Assembly: GCA_963843885.1 (NCBI GenBank)
Contig: CAWJMJ010000016.1
Location: 449,568 to 513,567, forward strand
DNA length: 64,000 bases
Source of the DNA: an uncultured Acidobacteriota bacterium
GTDB taxonomy: Bacteria; Acidobacteriota; Vicinamibacteria; Vicinamibacterales; UBA2999
Reading direction: 5' to 3'
Below, piece after piece: positions 14,913 to 27,374 of this stretch. Both the position numbers and the translations under genes were made by a program. Under the pieces are notes generated by a model, which made no database searches, was not told the DNA's origin, and saw nothing but the letters and a program-made list of their open reading frames with translations. The first letter of the stretch is position 1, and every line of letters starts with the position of its first letter.

Positions 14913-16484
14913 TCCGCGGTCGCCGCGGCGCGCTCGCGCGCCGACAGCTCCTGCAGCGCCTCGCCGATGTGGGTGACGATGTCGCCGGCGGTCATCGACA
15001 CCTCGCCCTCGTCGGCTTCGGCCAGCTCGCCGGCGGCGCCGTGCAGGTAGACCGCGAGCTGACAGGCCGCGGCCGGGTCCATCAGCTGCGCCAGCCACGC
15101 CGCCACCATGCCGGTAAGCACGTCGCCGCTGCCCCCGGTGGCCATGCCCGGCGTCCCGGTGGGATTCACGAACGCCTGCCCGTCGGGCAGGGCGACGATG
15201 GTGCGATAGCCCTTGAGCACGACATGCACATGGTGCGTCGTCGCGAACTCCACCGCCAGGCCCAGGCGATTGGCCTGCACGTCGTCGCTGCTGCAGCCGA
15301 GCAGGCGCGCCATCTCACCGGGGTGAGGCGTGATGATGATCGGCCGATCCTCGCGGCCGGCAAGCGCCGCGGCCTCGCCGGCGCAGGCGTTGAGCGCGTC
15401 GGCGTCGAGGACGAGCGGCGCGTCGCCGCGCTCGATGATGGCGCGGACGAAGGCCCTGACCGATGGCCCCGAGCCCAGCCCCGGACCGACGGCGACGACG
15501 TCGGCGCCGAGCGCCAGGACGGCTTCGGCGGCCTCGGCCGCGCACACGCCGTCGTGGTCGGCCAGGGCGCGGGTCATGAACTCCACGCCGAGCCCGGCCA
15601 CGACCGGCTGCACCGACGCAGGCGTGGCCACCGTGACGCGCCCGGCGCCCGCGCGCAGGGCGCCGCGCGCCGAGAGCACCGCCGCGCCGGTCATGCCCCG
15701 TGAACCGCCGACGACGAGCACGTGACCGAAGTCGCCCTTGTGCGCGTCGGGGCCGCGCGGCTCGATCAGCGTGCGCACGAAATCGCGCGTCAGCAGATAG
15801 AGGCGCGGGCCGTCGATCCCGTCGATGACCGGATGCGGGATGCCGATGTCGGCCACCACCACGTCGCCGGCGGCGTGCTCGGCGGGGGGCAGCACCAGCG
15901 GCACCTTGGGCGCGCCGAGCGTGACGGTGACGTCGGCCCGCACCGCCGGCGCCAATCAGCTCGTTGGTGTCCGCCGACATCCCCGAGGGCAGGTCGATCG
16001 CCACCACCGTCGCCGGCGACGCGTTGAGGTCGGCGACCACGGTATCGTGCAGCCCGGTGAGGGCCCGGGTGAGGCCCGTGCCCATCAGCGCGTCGATGAC
16101 GATGTCGGCGGCGGTGACCGTCGGCGCATGCAGCTCCCAGCCGTGCGCGTCGGCCACTTCCACGATCGGCACGCCGAGGCGGCCGATGATGTCGAGATTG
16201 ACGCGCGCGTCGCCGCGAATGTCGGCGCTCGTGCCGACCACGACCACGACCACGTCGAGGCCGCGCTGGTGCAGGGTGCGGGCGACGACGAAGCCGTCGC
16301 CGCCGTTATTGCCGGTGCCGCACAGCGCCACCACGCGGCGGCTGGGCAAATCGTCGATCAGCGACTCCAGGGCCGCCACCACCTGACGGCCGGCGTTTTC
16401 CATCAAGACCAGCGAGGCGATGCCGATGTCGTCGATGGTCTGGCGATCGACGGCGCGCATCTGCTTGCTGTTCAGGACACGCAT
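14909..16484 (-). CDS. nnr: Bifunctional NAD(P)H-hydrate repair enzyme (epimerase + ADP-dependent dehydratase); frameshift near 15950
   Basis: N-terminal YjeF_N part MRVLNSKQMRAVDRQTIDDIGIASLVLMENAGRQV..ALCGTGNNGGDGFVVAR. C-terminal kinase-fold part HKGDFGHVLVVGGSRGMTGAAVLS..GPGLG..TPHPGEMARL..GTPGMATGGSGDVLTG. Confidence 0.9.
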
Positions 16485-16542
16485 CGGTCGCACGGGCGCG
16501 AGTCTAGCACACGGGTTCGCACGCCCTGCCGAGGCCGCGGCC

Positions 16543-16564
16543 GCGGCCGGCACGTGCCGGCCGC
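16543..16564 (-). terminator. GC-rich palindromic hairpin downstream of gcvP (candidate operon terminator)
   Basis: GCGGCCGGCACGTGCCGGCCGC is a perfect 22-nt palindrome 23 nt after the gcvP TAA. There is no U-tract. Confidence 0.3.
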
Positions 16565-16586
16565 CAGCGGGCGGCCCCGTCGCTGG

Positions 16587-19468
<2,882 letters not shown>

Positions 19469-19494
19469 CGGCAGTCTTCGGCTCGGCAGGGGAA

Positions 19495-19880
19495 TCAGCG
19501 GATCAGTTGCGTAAGGGCGTCGTAGTCGGCAGCGTCCGAGCAGGGCGGCGACGTCGCCGGGGTCGTTCATCTTCACCTGATCATCCAGGTGTCGTGCGGC
19601 TCGCTGTTGACGGCCTCCGGCTGGTCCTTCAGCGCGGTGTTCACCTCCACGACCGTCGCCGGTCACCGGCGCGAACAGCTCCGACACGGCCTTGACCGAT
19701 TCGATGGTGCCGAACGACTGGCCGGCCGTCGAGCGTGGCGCCGACCTCCGGCAGTTCGACGTAGACGACGTCGCCGAGCTGCTGCTGCGCGAAGTCGGTG
19801 ATGCCGACAGTGGCCTGTTCGCCGTCGACGCCGAATCCACTCGTGGTCCTTGGTGTACTTCAGGTCGAGCTCGGATACGC

Positions 19881-19885
<5 letters not shown>
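19495..19885 (-). CDS. gcvH: Glycine cleavage system H protein; frameshifted
   Basis: [20 protein letters not shown] (lipoyl-Lys motif ESVK) and the C-terminal ..[21 protein letters not shown] with TGA at 19495-19497. The ATGATG start lies at 19880-19885. Confidence 0.8.
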
Positions 19886-21015
<1,130 letters not shown>

Positions 21016-21090
21016 GGGGGCCGTCTTTTTGTCGCGGGAATCCGCATGAACGTACTACGCCCGCACACCCCGGTCAAGGATGCCAGGCGG

Positions 21091-22461
21091 TCACGCGACG
21101 TGGTCCTCGACCGGACGCGGGCCCCGCCCGTTGAGGCCGTAGCGCAAGTGCGCCTGCAGGGTGTGATAGCTGATGCCGAGGGCGCGGCAGGCGCGGCGCT
21201 TGTTGTGCCCCGAGCGGGCCAGCACCAGACGCGCATACCGGCTGGCCCACATGCGCAGCGTGTCGTTGGTCTCGAGGGACGGCATGACCACATCGGCATA
21301 CGGACTGCGCAGCGCTGGCGGCAGGTCGTCGAGGTCGATCCGGCGCGACCCGCACATCGCCAGCGCGCCTTCGAGCGTGCGCTGCAGCTCGCGGACGTTG
21401 CCCGGCCACTGGTAGGCCAGCAGCGCGTCGGCCGCGGTGGTCGAGAGCGCCACCGGCCGGCCCGGGTCGTGGCAGGCCAGGAAGTAGTGGGCCAGCTCGA
21501 GGACGTCTTCGCGTCGGGCGCGCAGCGGCGGCACCTGCACGTCGAGGCCGCTCAGCCGGTAGTAGAGATCCGAACGGAACAGGGCGCGCTCGGCCAGCCC
21601 GGCCAGCGGCTTGTTGGTTGCCGCCACGATTCGGACGTTGAGCCGCCGCGTGGCGTGCCCGCCGACCCGCTCGACCGTCAGTTCCTGGATGGCTCGCAGC
21701 AGCTTGGCCTGCGCCGCCATCGACAGGTCGGCGACCTCGTCGAGGAACAACGTGCCGCCATCGGCGTGTTCGAACTTGCCGCGCCGGCCCTTCACGCCGG
21801 TGGCCGTGCGGTCTTCGATGCCGAACAGTTCGGCTTCGAGCAGCGTCTCGACCAGCGCGGCGCAGTTTACCGCCACGAACGGACCGGCCCGCCGCGGGCT
21901 CAGGTCGTGGATCTGGCGCGCCACGAGCTCCTTCCCGGTACCGCTCTCGCCCTGGATCAGCACCGTGAAGTCGGTCATCGCGACGCGCTCGATCCGCTCG
22001 CGCAGCGCGCGCATCTGGGTGCTGGCGCCGATGAGCGGCCCTGCGCCGGTCGTGGCGCGGGGTTCGGCCTGGCGACCCGCCGTGGGCGGGTCGGCCGCCA
22101 GCGCCAACCCCAAGACGTGCGCCGCGGTTTCGAGCAGTTGCTGGTCCCAGGCATCGAGCGTGCGTCCGGTCAGTCCGACCTCGAACAGGATGTCGCGGCC
22201 GCCGGGCAACGCGCCGCCGTCCGGTCGGCGGGCCGGGAGGGAGCCGCCGGCCGCCAGCCCGCCCGCCCGCACCGTGCGCACCCAGTCGGCGCCCAGGGCC
22301 ACGGCCAGTCGCTCCTCGAACACCCCGAGCACCCGCGTTGTCGGCGCTCCGGCGGCTACTTGCGCCGCCAATGCCCGGACCGCCTCGTTGATGCCTTGTC
22401 TGCGGTCTTCCATCCGTGACCCCATGCCGCGATCCGCGGCCTTTCCCAGGTGTGCGCTCAT
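21091..22461 (-). CDS. NtrC-family AAA+ transcriptional regulator (no receiver domain; short GAF-like N-term; Fis-type HTH) with degenerate GAFTGA loop
   Basis: Intact 456 aa. Walker A GESGTGKELVARQIH, Walker B GGTLFLDEVADL, FRSDLYYRL, WPGNVRELQ, and C-terminal HTH NKRRACRALGISYHTLQAHL. The sigma-54 contact loop reads ELFGIEDRTATGV instead of [13 protein letters not shown]. Confidence 0.85.
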   Translation of the reverse strand: MSAHLGKAADRGMGSRMEDRRQGINEAVRALAAQVAAGAPTTRVLGVFEERLAVALGADWVRTVRAGGLAAGGSLPARRPDGGALPGGRDILFEVGLTGRTLDAWDQQLLETAAHVLGLALAADPPTAGRQAEPRATTGAGPLIGASTQMRALRERIERVAMTDFTVLIQGESGTGKELVARQIHDLSPRRAGPFVAVNCAALVETLLEAELFGIEDRTATGVKGRRGKFEHADGGTLFLDEVADLSMAAQAKLLRAIQELTVERVGGHATRRLNVRIVAATNKPLAGLAERALFRSDLYYRLSGLDVQVPPLRARREDVLELAHYFLACHDPGRPVALSTTAADALLAYQWPGNVRELQRTLEGALAMCGSRRIDLDDLPPALRSPYADVVMPSLETNDTLRMWASRYARLVLARSGHNKRRACRALGISYHTLQAHLRYGLNGRGPRPVEDHVA

Positions 22462-22615
22462 GCGACCTCCACCCAGGCGTGCATCAAGCCCGATGCCAAG
22501 TGCTGGGACCGCAGGAATGTCAGCAGTCGCGCGTTTTCTACATCCCCTAAGGGCCTGCGCGGCCCCTCCTGGGTAGTCGGTTCCCAGAAGTCGGCCGGCG
22601 TCTCTCGGGTAACTA

Positions 22616-22939
22616 CTACCCGCTACCCTTTCCGAACGCGTGGTCGAAGCGCACCGCGCAGCGGTAAGTCAGCGGGTCGAGCGCGCTCACCCAACACCGG
22701 ACCACCCGCCCGCGGAGCGCATGGCGGTGGCCATCGAGACCGTCGAGCCCCAGTTCGGTGCGCGCGTCGGGGCGCACGGGCGCCGCCGACTCCACGAGCG
22801 CGCCATCGGCCGAGAGTTCGAGCACCTGCACGGTCACGCCGGGCCGCAGCACGGCCGGCGCCGCGATGCCGAATTGCGCCGCCGGACGGCGCAGTGCCGC
22901 CCGGCGGTCCACCGCCGTTGCCGTCAATACGGTTGCCAT
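22616..22939 (-). CDS. PilZ-domain protein (putative c-di-GMP receptor)
   Basis: 107 aa. RRAALRRP matches the RxxxR motif. About 25 residues later, ELSADG matches (D/N)xSxxG with E in the first position. The start overlaps the 3' end of the upstream pilin gene. Confidence 0.55.
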   Translation of the reverse strand: MATVLTATAVDRRAALRRPAAQFGIAAPAVLRPGVTVQVLELSADGALVESAAPVRPDARTELGLDGLDGHRHALRGRVVRCWVSALDPLTYRCAVRFDHAFGKGSG

Positions 22940-23571
22940 GCCCGGGCCCCGGGGTTGTAGCGCAGGACCCGCGCCCGCCCGGTGACGCCGGCGACCCGGA
23001 CGGCAAACTGCGCACCGGCACGACTGGCGATGTAGAGCGTGCCGCTTGTCGCCGTGCCGAGCGGAGTGACCGTGAGCTGGTCGGCGCTGCCGATCCGGAT
23101 GGGGTCGTCGGCGGCCGTCAGCAGCCGGGTGTCGTCAATCGCCGGCAGGGTGCCGGCGAGCCCGAAGCGGGCGCGGGGAAAATGGTCGGCGAGCCGGTCG
23201 GGCGGCCGGACCACCGGGTCCACGCCGGACGCCACGTCGGCGCCGTTCACCCCGTCGCCGTCGCCGTCGGCCACCACGGTGAACGCCACCGTCGGCAGGC
23301 GCGAGAAGCGCAACGCCTGCGCCCGCCGGCTGCGCGCGGCGTCGAACCGCGCCCGGGCCACCACGCTGGCGACATAGCGCGCCGCCGCGGCGGCATCGGC
23401 CGTGTCGGCAGCCCGATCGAGCACGGGCACGGCGATGGCCAGCGCGACGCCGGCGATCAGCAGGACGAGCAGCACCTCGACGAGCGAGTAGCCACCCGCG
23501 CCGGCCGGCCGCCGGGAGCCGCGGGCGCGGTCCCGCGGCTCCCCCATCCGCTTAGAACGGAGACTTGGCAT
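22924..23571 (-). CDS. GspH/FimT-like minor (pseudo)pilin with prepilin-type N-terminus
   Basis: The class III signal ..AGAGG/YSLVEVLLVLLIAGVALAIAVPVL is followed by AAAARYVASVVARARFDAARS, the typical GspH/FimT helix. The C-terminal tail contains GRAR (VTGRARVLRY). Confidence 0.7.
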   Translation of the reverse strand: MPSLRSKRMGEPRDRARGSRRPAGAGGYSLVEVLLVLLIAGVALAIAVPVLDRAADTADAAAAARYVASVVARARFDAARSRRAQALRFSRLPTVAFTVVADGDGDGVNGADVASGVDPVVRPPDRLADHFPRARFGLAGTLPAIDDTRLLTAADDPIRIGSADQLTVTPLGTATSGTLYIASRAGAQFAVRVAGVTGRARVLRYNPGARAWQPY

Positions 23572-23881
23572 CGGCCTTCGTGCTCCCGACGGTGATGAGC
23601 GGCTTGAGGCGCAGGAAGCTCTTCTCGCCGATGCCCTGCACCTTCATGAGCTCCTCGATCTTCTTGAACCCGCCGTTCTTCTCGCGGTACTCGACGATGC
23701 GCTGCGCCCCGCGGGGTCCGATCCCGGGCAGCGTTTCGAGCTGCACGAGCGACGCCGTGTTCAGGTTGACGACGCTCGCCGGCGCGGCGGCTTTGGTGGC
23801 GGGTTCCTGCGCCTGGACGGCAAGCGGCGCGGCGCCGGTCAGGGCAAGAACGAGAGCGATGCGAACGAACGTGGATGTCAT
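23552..23881 (-). CDS. comEA: ComEA-family helix-hairpin-helix DNA-binding protein (secreted)
   Basis: Signal peptide MTSTFVRIALVLALTGAAPLAVQAQ, then VNLNTASLVQLETLPGIGPRGAQRIVEYREKNGGFKKIEELMKVQGIGEKSFLRLKPL. Confidence 0.8.
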   Translation of the reverse strand: MTSTFVRIALVLALTGAAPLAVQAQEPATKAAAPASVVNLNTASLVQLETLPGIGPRGAQRIVEYREKNGGFKKIEELMKVQGIGEKSFLRLKPLITVGSTKADAKSPF

Positions 23882-24152
23882 GTCGGTCTCCTGAGTGAAA
23901 GGTGATGAGGTCGCACACGGAGCGCCTGGACGGACACCCGAGGTCAACGGCCACCGCCCTTGGCGCCCGTGTGGACGACGGCTCACGGTGCAAGACCCGG
24001 GACGCGACCTGGGCGACGACGGCAACTCACGGCGGGCCCAGGAGATAGCGCGGAGCGCGGGTGTCGAGACGGTTTCGCGGACCCGGCCCCGGCGTGAACT
24101 CCCGGCGACGCCCCTCACGGCCACCGTGGCGTGCCGCGAGCCACGGCCGGCG

Positions 24153-24195
24153 ACAACCGCGGTTGCGCCCCGCGCAACCGGCGGGGCGCGTTTCC
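24153..24195 (+). promoter_or_regulatory. Overlapping, mutually exclusive hairpins in the 5' leader of the kinase-like gene (attenuator-like)
   Basis: CAACCGCGGTTG (24153-24164); GGTTGCGC-CCC-GCGCAACC (24161-24179); GCGCCCCGC-GCAACCG-GCGGGGCGC followed by GTTTCC (24165-24195). No + strand gene lies upstream that this hairpin could terminate. Confidence 0.25.
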
Positions 24196-24259
24196 TCTCG
24201 ACAGCGGCGTTGCGGCCGCTAGAATCTCCGCAAGGAGCCACCCCTTGCCCACCTACCGG

Positions 24260-25084
24260 ATGTCTCGCCTGGCCGTGCCGGTCATGCTGCTGCAGGTCAG
24301 CCTGTTCGTCGCGCCTTTCCCCGCCGCGGCCCAGGCGGTCAGCACTCCCGCCGAGACGGCGGCGCCGGCCGTCTGCTCGCGCACCTGGGTGGGGCACGAA
24401 GCCGAGATCGAGCAGGCGCTCGCCGGCCGCGCCATCGTGCGCATGGAGGCCGTGCCGATCGGCGTCACCAAGCCCCAGCGCGGCTATCTGGAGGGCGGCA
24501 GCTTGGTCGCCCGCTTTGCCTGGAAGGCGCTGCCGCCCGGGCGCGCGGTCGGCGGCTTCAAGGAGAGCTACAAGGCGGAGATTGCCGCCTACCACCTCGA
24601 TCGGCTCCTCGGCCTGGAGATGGTGCCGCCGGTGGTCGAGCGCAGCGTGGACGGACGGCTCGGCGCCGCCGTCATGTGGATCGAGCAGACCACGCCCTGG
24701 GACAAGGATCAGCCGATCCACGGCCCCGAGCCGCACTGGTCGCGGCAGGTGAGCCGCATGAAGCTCTTCGATCAGCTCATCGCCAACATCGATCGCAACC
24801 AGGGCAACCTGCTCTACGACAGCGACTGGCACCTGTTCCTGATCGATCACTCGCGCGCCTTCACGACGCGCACCTCCCTGGACGGCATGTCGGCCCCTGG
24901 CCTGATCGATCGCGAGACGTGGCGGAAGATGGACGCGCTCACCGCGGGGGACCTCGAACGCGCCCTCGGCGCGTGGCTGACCGCGGCTGAACGCAAGGCG
25001 CTGCTGGCGCGCCGCGATCGGATGCGCGCGGCCATCGCCGCGATGGTCAAGGACAAGGGCGCCGCCCGGGTGTTCGTCGAGTGA
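24260..25084 (+). CDS. Exported PI3/PI4-kinase-like (HipA/SCO1664-like) catalytic-domain protein
   Basis: Signal peptide MSRLAVPVMLLQVSLFVAPFPAAAQA. KESYKAEIAAYHLDRLLGLEMVPP. Catalytic-loop-like ANIDRNQGNLLYD and LFLIDHSRAF (compare DRHxxN and DFG). An alternative TTG start at 24245 sits 7 nt after AAGGAG (24232-24237). Confidence 0.5.
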   Translation: MSRLAVPVMLLQVSLFVAPFPAAAQAVSTPAETAAPAVCSRTWVGHEAEIEQALAGRAIVRMEAVPIGVTKPQRGYLEGGSLVARFAWKALPPGRAVGGFKESYKAEIAAYHLDRLLGLEMVPPVVERSVDGRLGAAVMWIEQTTPWDKDQPIHGPEPHWSRQVSRMKLFDQLIANIDRNQGNLLYDSDWHLFLIDHSRAFTTRTSLDGMSAPGLIDRETWRKMDALTAGDLERALGAWLTAAERKALLARRDRMRAAIAAMVKDKGAARVFVE

Positions 25085-26332
25085 CGCGGCTGGCGCGCGT
25101 CGCCGGGGCGACGGCCGTCGCGAGCCTGGTGCTGGCCGGGGCCGCCGAACGGCTCCTCTCGGCCGCGGCGGTCGGTCAGTCCTCAGGCACCGCTCGCCGC
25201 GTCGTCGCCATCGGCGACGTCCACGGCAGCGACGACGGCTTCCTTGCGATTCTGCGCGCCGCCCGGCTGGTCGACGCCGCCGGCCACTGGACCGGCGGCA
25301 CGGCCACGTTGGTCCAGACCGGCGACCTCACCGATCGCGGCGCGGGGGTGAAGCGCGTGCTCGACCTGGTGCGCGCGCTGGTCCCGGAAGCCGCCCGGGC
25401 TGGCGGCCGCGTGGTGCCGGTGCTCGGCAACCACGAGATCATGAACCTGCTCGGCGAACTCCGCGATGTCACTCCCGCCATCTGCGCCAGCTTCGCCGGC
25501 GGCGCGGCCGCGGCCACCCGCGAGGAGGCGTGGCAAACCTACGCTGCGTTGGCCGCCCGCCGCGCCAGTCGCGGCCCAACGAGCTACCGCAGGGATTGGC
25601 GCGCACCGAGGAAGCGTTCCTCGAGGCCTACCAGCCGGGCTGCGTCGAGTACCGGCTCGCAATGGGACCGCAGGGAGACTATGGCCGCTGGCTGCGCCAG
25701 CAGCCAATCGCCGCCGCCGTGCAGGGCAGCGTATTCATGCACGCCGGCCTGTCGCCGTCGGCCGAGTTTGCCAGCGTCGACCAGCTCAACAAACGCGCCC
25801 GCGATGAGGTGCGCCGGTTCAATCGGTTCCTGGAGCGGCTGGTGCGCGCCAGGTTGGCGGCACCGTGGTTCAGGCTCGAGCGACGTGCTGGCCGTCGCCG
25901 CGGCCGAGGTGCGATGGGCCGGCGCCCTGGTCGCCGACGCCAAGGCTCGGGGCGAGGCGCCCGACTTGTCGGATGTCGACATCTCGCTCACGACCGAGGC
26001 CGCCGACATCCTCGGCCTCGACCAGTGGTCGCTGCTCGCGCCCGACGGGCCGCTCTGGTATCGCGGCTACGCGACCGACGACGAAGCGGCGCTCGACGCG
26101 CCCTTCACCGGCCTGCTCGAACGCTGGGGGCGCCGACCGCCTGGTCGTCGGCCACACGCCGAGCCGGCCCTTCCGCATCCGCGCGCGCCTCGCCGGCCGC
26201 CTGTTCGTCATCGACACCGGCATGCTGGCGCCGGTCTATCAGGGCGTCGGGTCGGCGCTGGAACTCGACGGCCCACGCGCCACCGCCATCTACGCCGACG
26301 GCACGCGCACGGTGCTGGCGCCCGCCCCCTGA
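25081..26332 (+). CDS. Secreted calcineurin-like metallophosphoesterase; frameshifted
   Basis: The GTG at 25081 overlaps the upstream TGA. Signal-like MTRLARVAGATAVASLVLAGAA. Motifs VVAIGDVHGS, VQTGDLTDRG, VLGNHEIMN, VFMHAGL, and VVGHTP near the C-terminus. Confidence 0.8.
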
Positions 26333-26392
26333 GGCATCGGGGCCGCAGCCGCCACGCGCGACATCCGCGGGCGGCGGGTGGACGCCCGGCCG

Positions 26393-27374
26393 TTAGACCG
26401 GCAACGGCCGTCCGGCCGCCCACTCCACCGTGCGGCGCAGGCCCTCTTCGAACGACACCGAGGGCTGGTAGCCGAGCAGACGCTCGGCCTTGTCGATCGC
26501 CGCCTGCGAGTCCCTCACGTCGCCGGCACGGACCGGGCCGTAGCTGGCGACCAGCGCTGTCCCGAGCAGCCGCTGGACCTCGTCCCAGAGCTGGTTGAGC
26601 GAGATGCGGCCGCCGGTGGCGACGTTGATGACCTCGCCCGCCGCCCCGGGCGCCGTCGGCGGCGCGCAGCACGCCGTCGACGACGTTGGCGACGTAGGTG
26701 AAGTCGCGCGTCTGCCCGCCGTCGCCGTAGATGGTCGGCGCCGTGCCGTCGAGCGCCGCGCGCACGAAGAGCGAGATGACGCCCGAGTACGGCGAGCCCG
26801 GATCCTGCCGCGGCCCGAACACGTTGAAGTAGCGGATCGGTGACCGTCTCGAGGCCGTAGAGCGACGTGAACATCTGGCAAGTACTGTTCGCCGACCAGC
26901 TTCTGCAGCGCATAGGGCGAGAGCGGCTGCGCCGGCATGTCCTCGTGCTTGGGCAGGGTCGGCCGCGTCGCCGTAGACGGACGACGAGCCGGCAAAGACC
27001 AGGCGCTTGACGCCGGCGTCGCGCGCCGCGACCAGCACGTTGAGCGTGGCCGTCGATGTTGGCGCGGTTCGGCCGACATCGGGTCGTCCACCGAGCGCGG
27101 CACCGAGGGCATGGCCGCCTGGTGGAGCACGTAGTCGATGCCGTCCACGGCGTGCGTCGCCACGGCGAGATCGGCGAGGTCGCCTTCCGTGAAGTCCGGC
27201 GGCCCGAGGCGCCGGCCGCCGCGCCGCGGCGGTGCGGCCTCGAGGTTGCGCAGCTTGCCGGTGATCAGGTTGTCGACGACGCGCACGTCGTGGCCGCGCA
27301 CGAGCAGTTCTTCGACCAGATGGGAGCCGATGAAGCCGGCGCCGCCGGTGACGAGATACGACGCAGCCGTTCAC
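26393..27374 (-). CDS. NAD-dependent sugar epimerase/dehydratase (SDR family); frameshifted
   Basis: [34 protein letters not shown]; [15 protein letters not shown]; SPYALQK (YxxxK); [37 protein letters not shown]. The GTG start at 27374 overlaps a TGA. Confidence 0.8.

Noticed and set aside
21016-21090. Possible glycine riboswitch upstream of gcvT.
   Set aside because: Only about 75 nt separates gcvT from the upstream gene. The minus-strand sequence lacks the conserved glycine-aptamer cores (no CTCTGGAGAG / CACCGAAGGGGCAA-like blocks).
22480-22499. Sigma-54 promoter-like sequence on the minus strand (TTGGCATCGGGCTTGATGCA) just upstream of the AAA+ regulator gene.
   Set aside because: The -12 element reads TTGA instead of TTGC. 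It would also leave only about 10 nt of leader before the start codon. Not supportable without data.
26348-26375. Imperfect hairpin GCCGCCACGCG-N7-CGCGGGCGGC between the convergent phosphoesterase and epimerase genes, as a terminator.
   Set aside because: The stem has a bulge or mismatch and there is no U-tract. This is too weak to list as a feature at this GC content.
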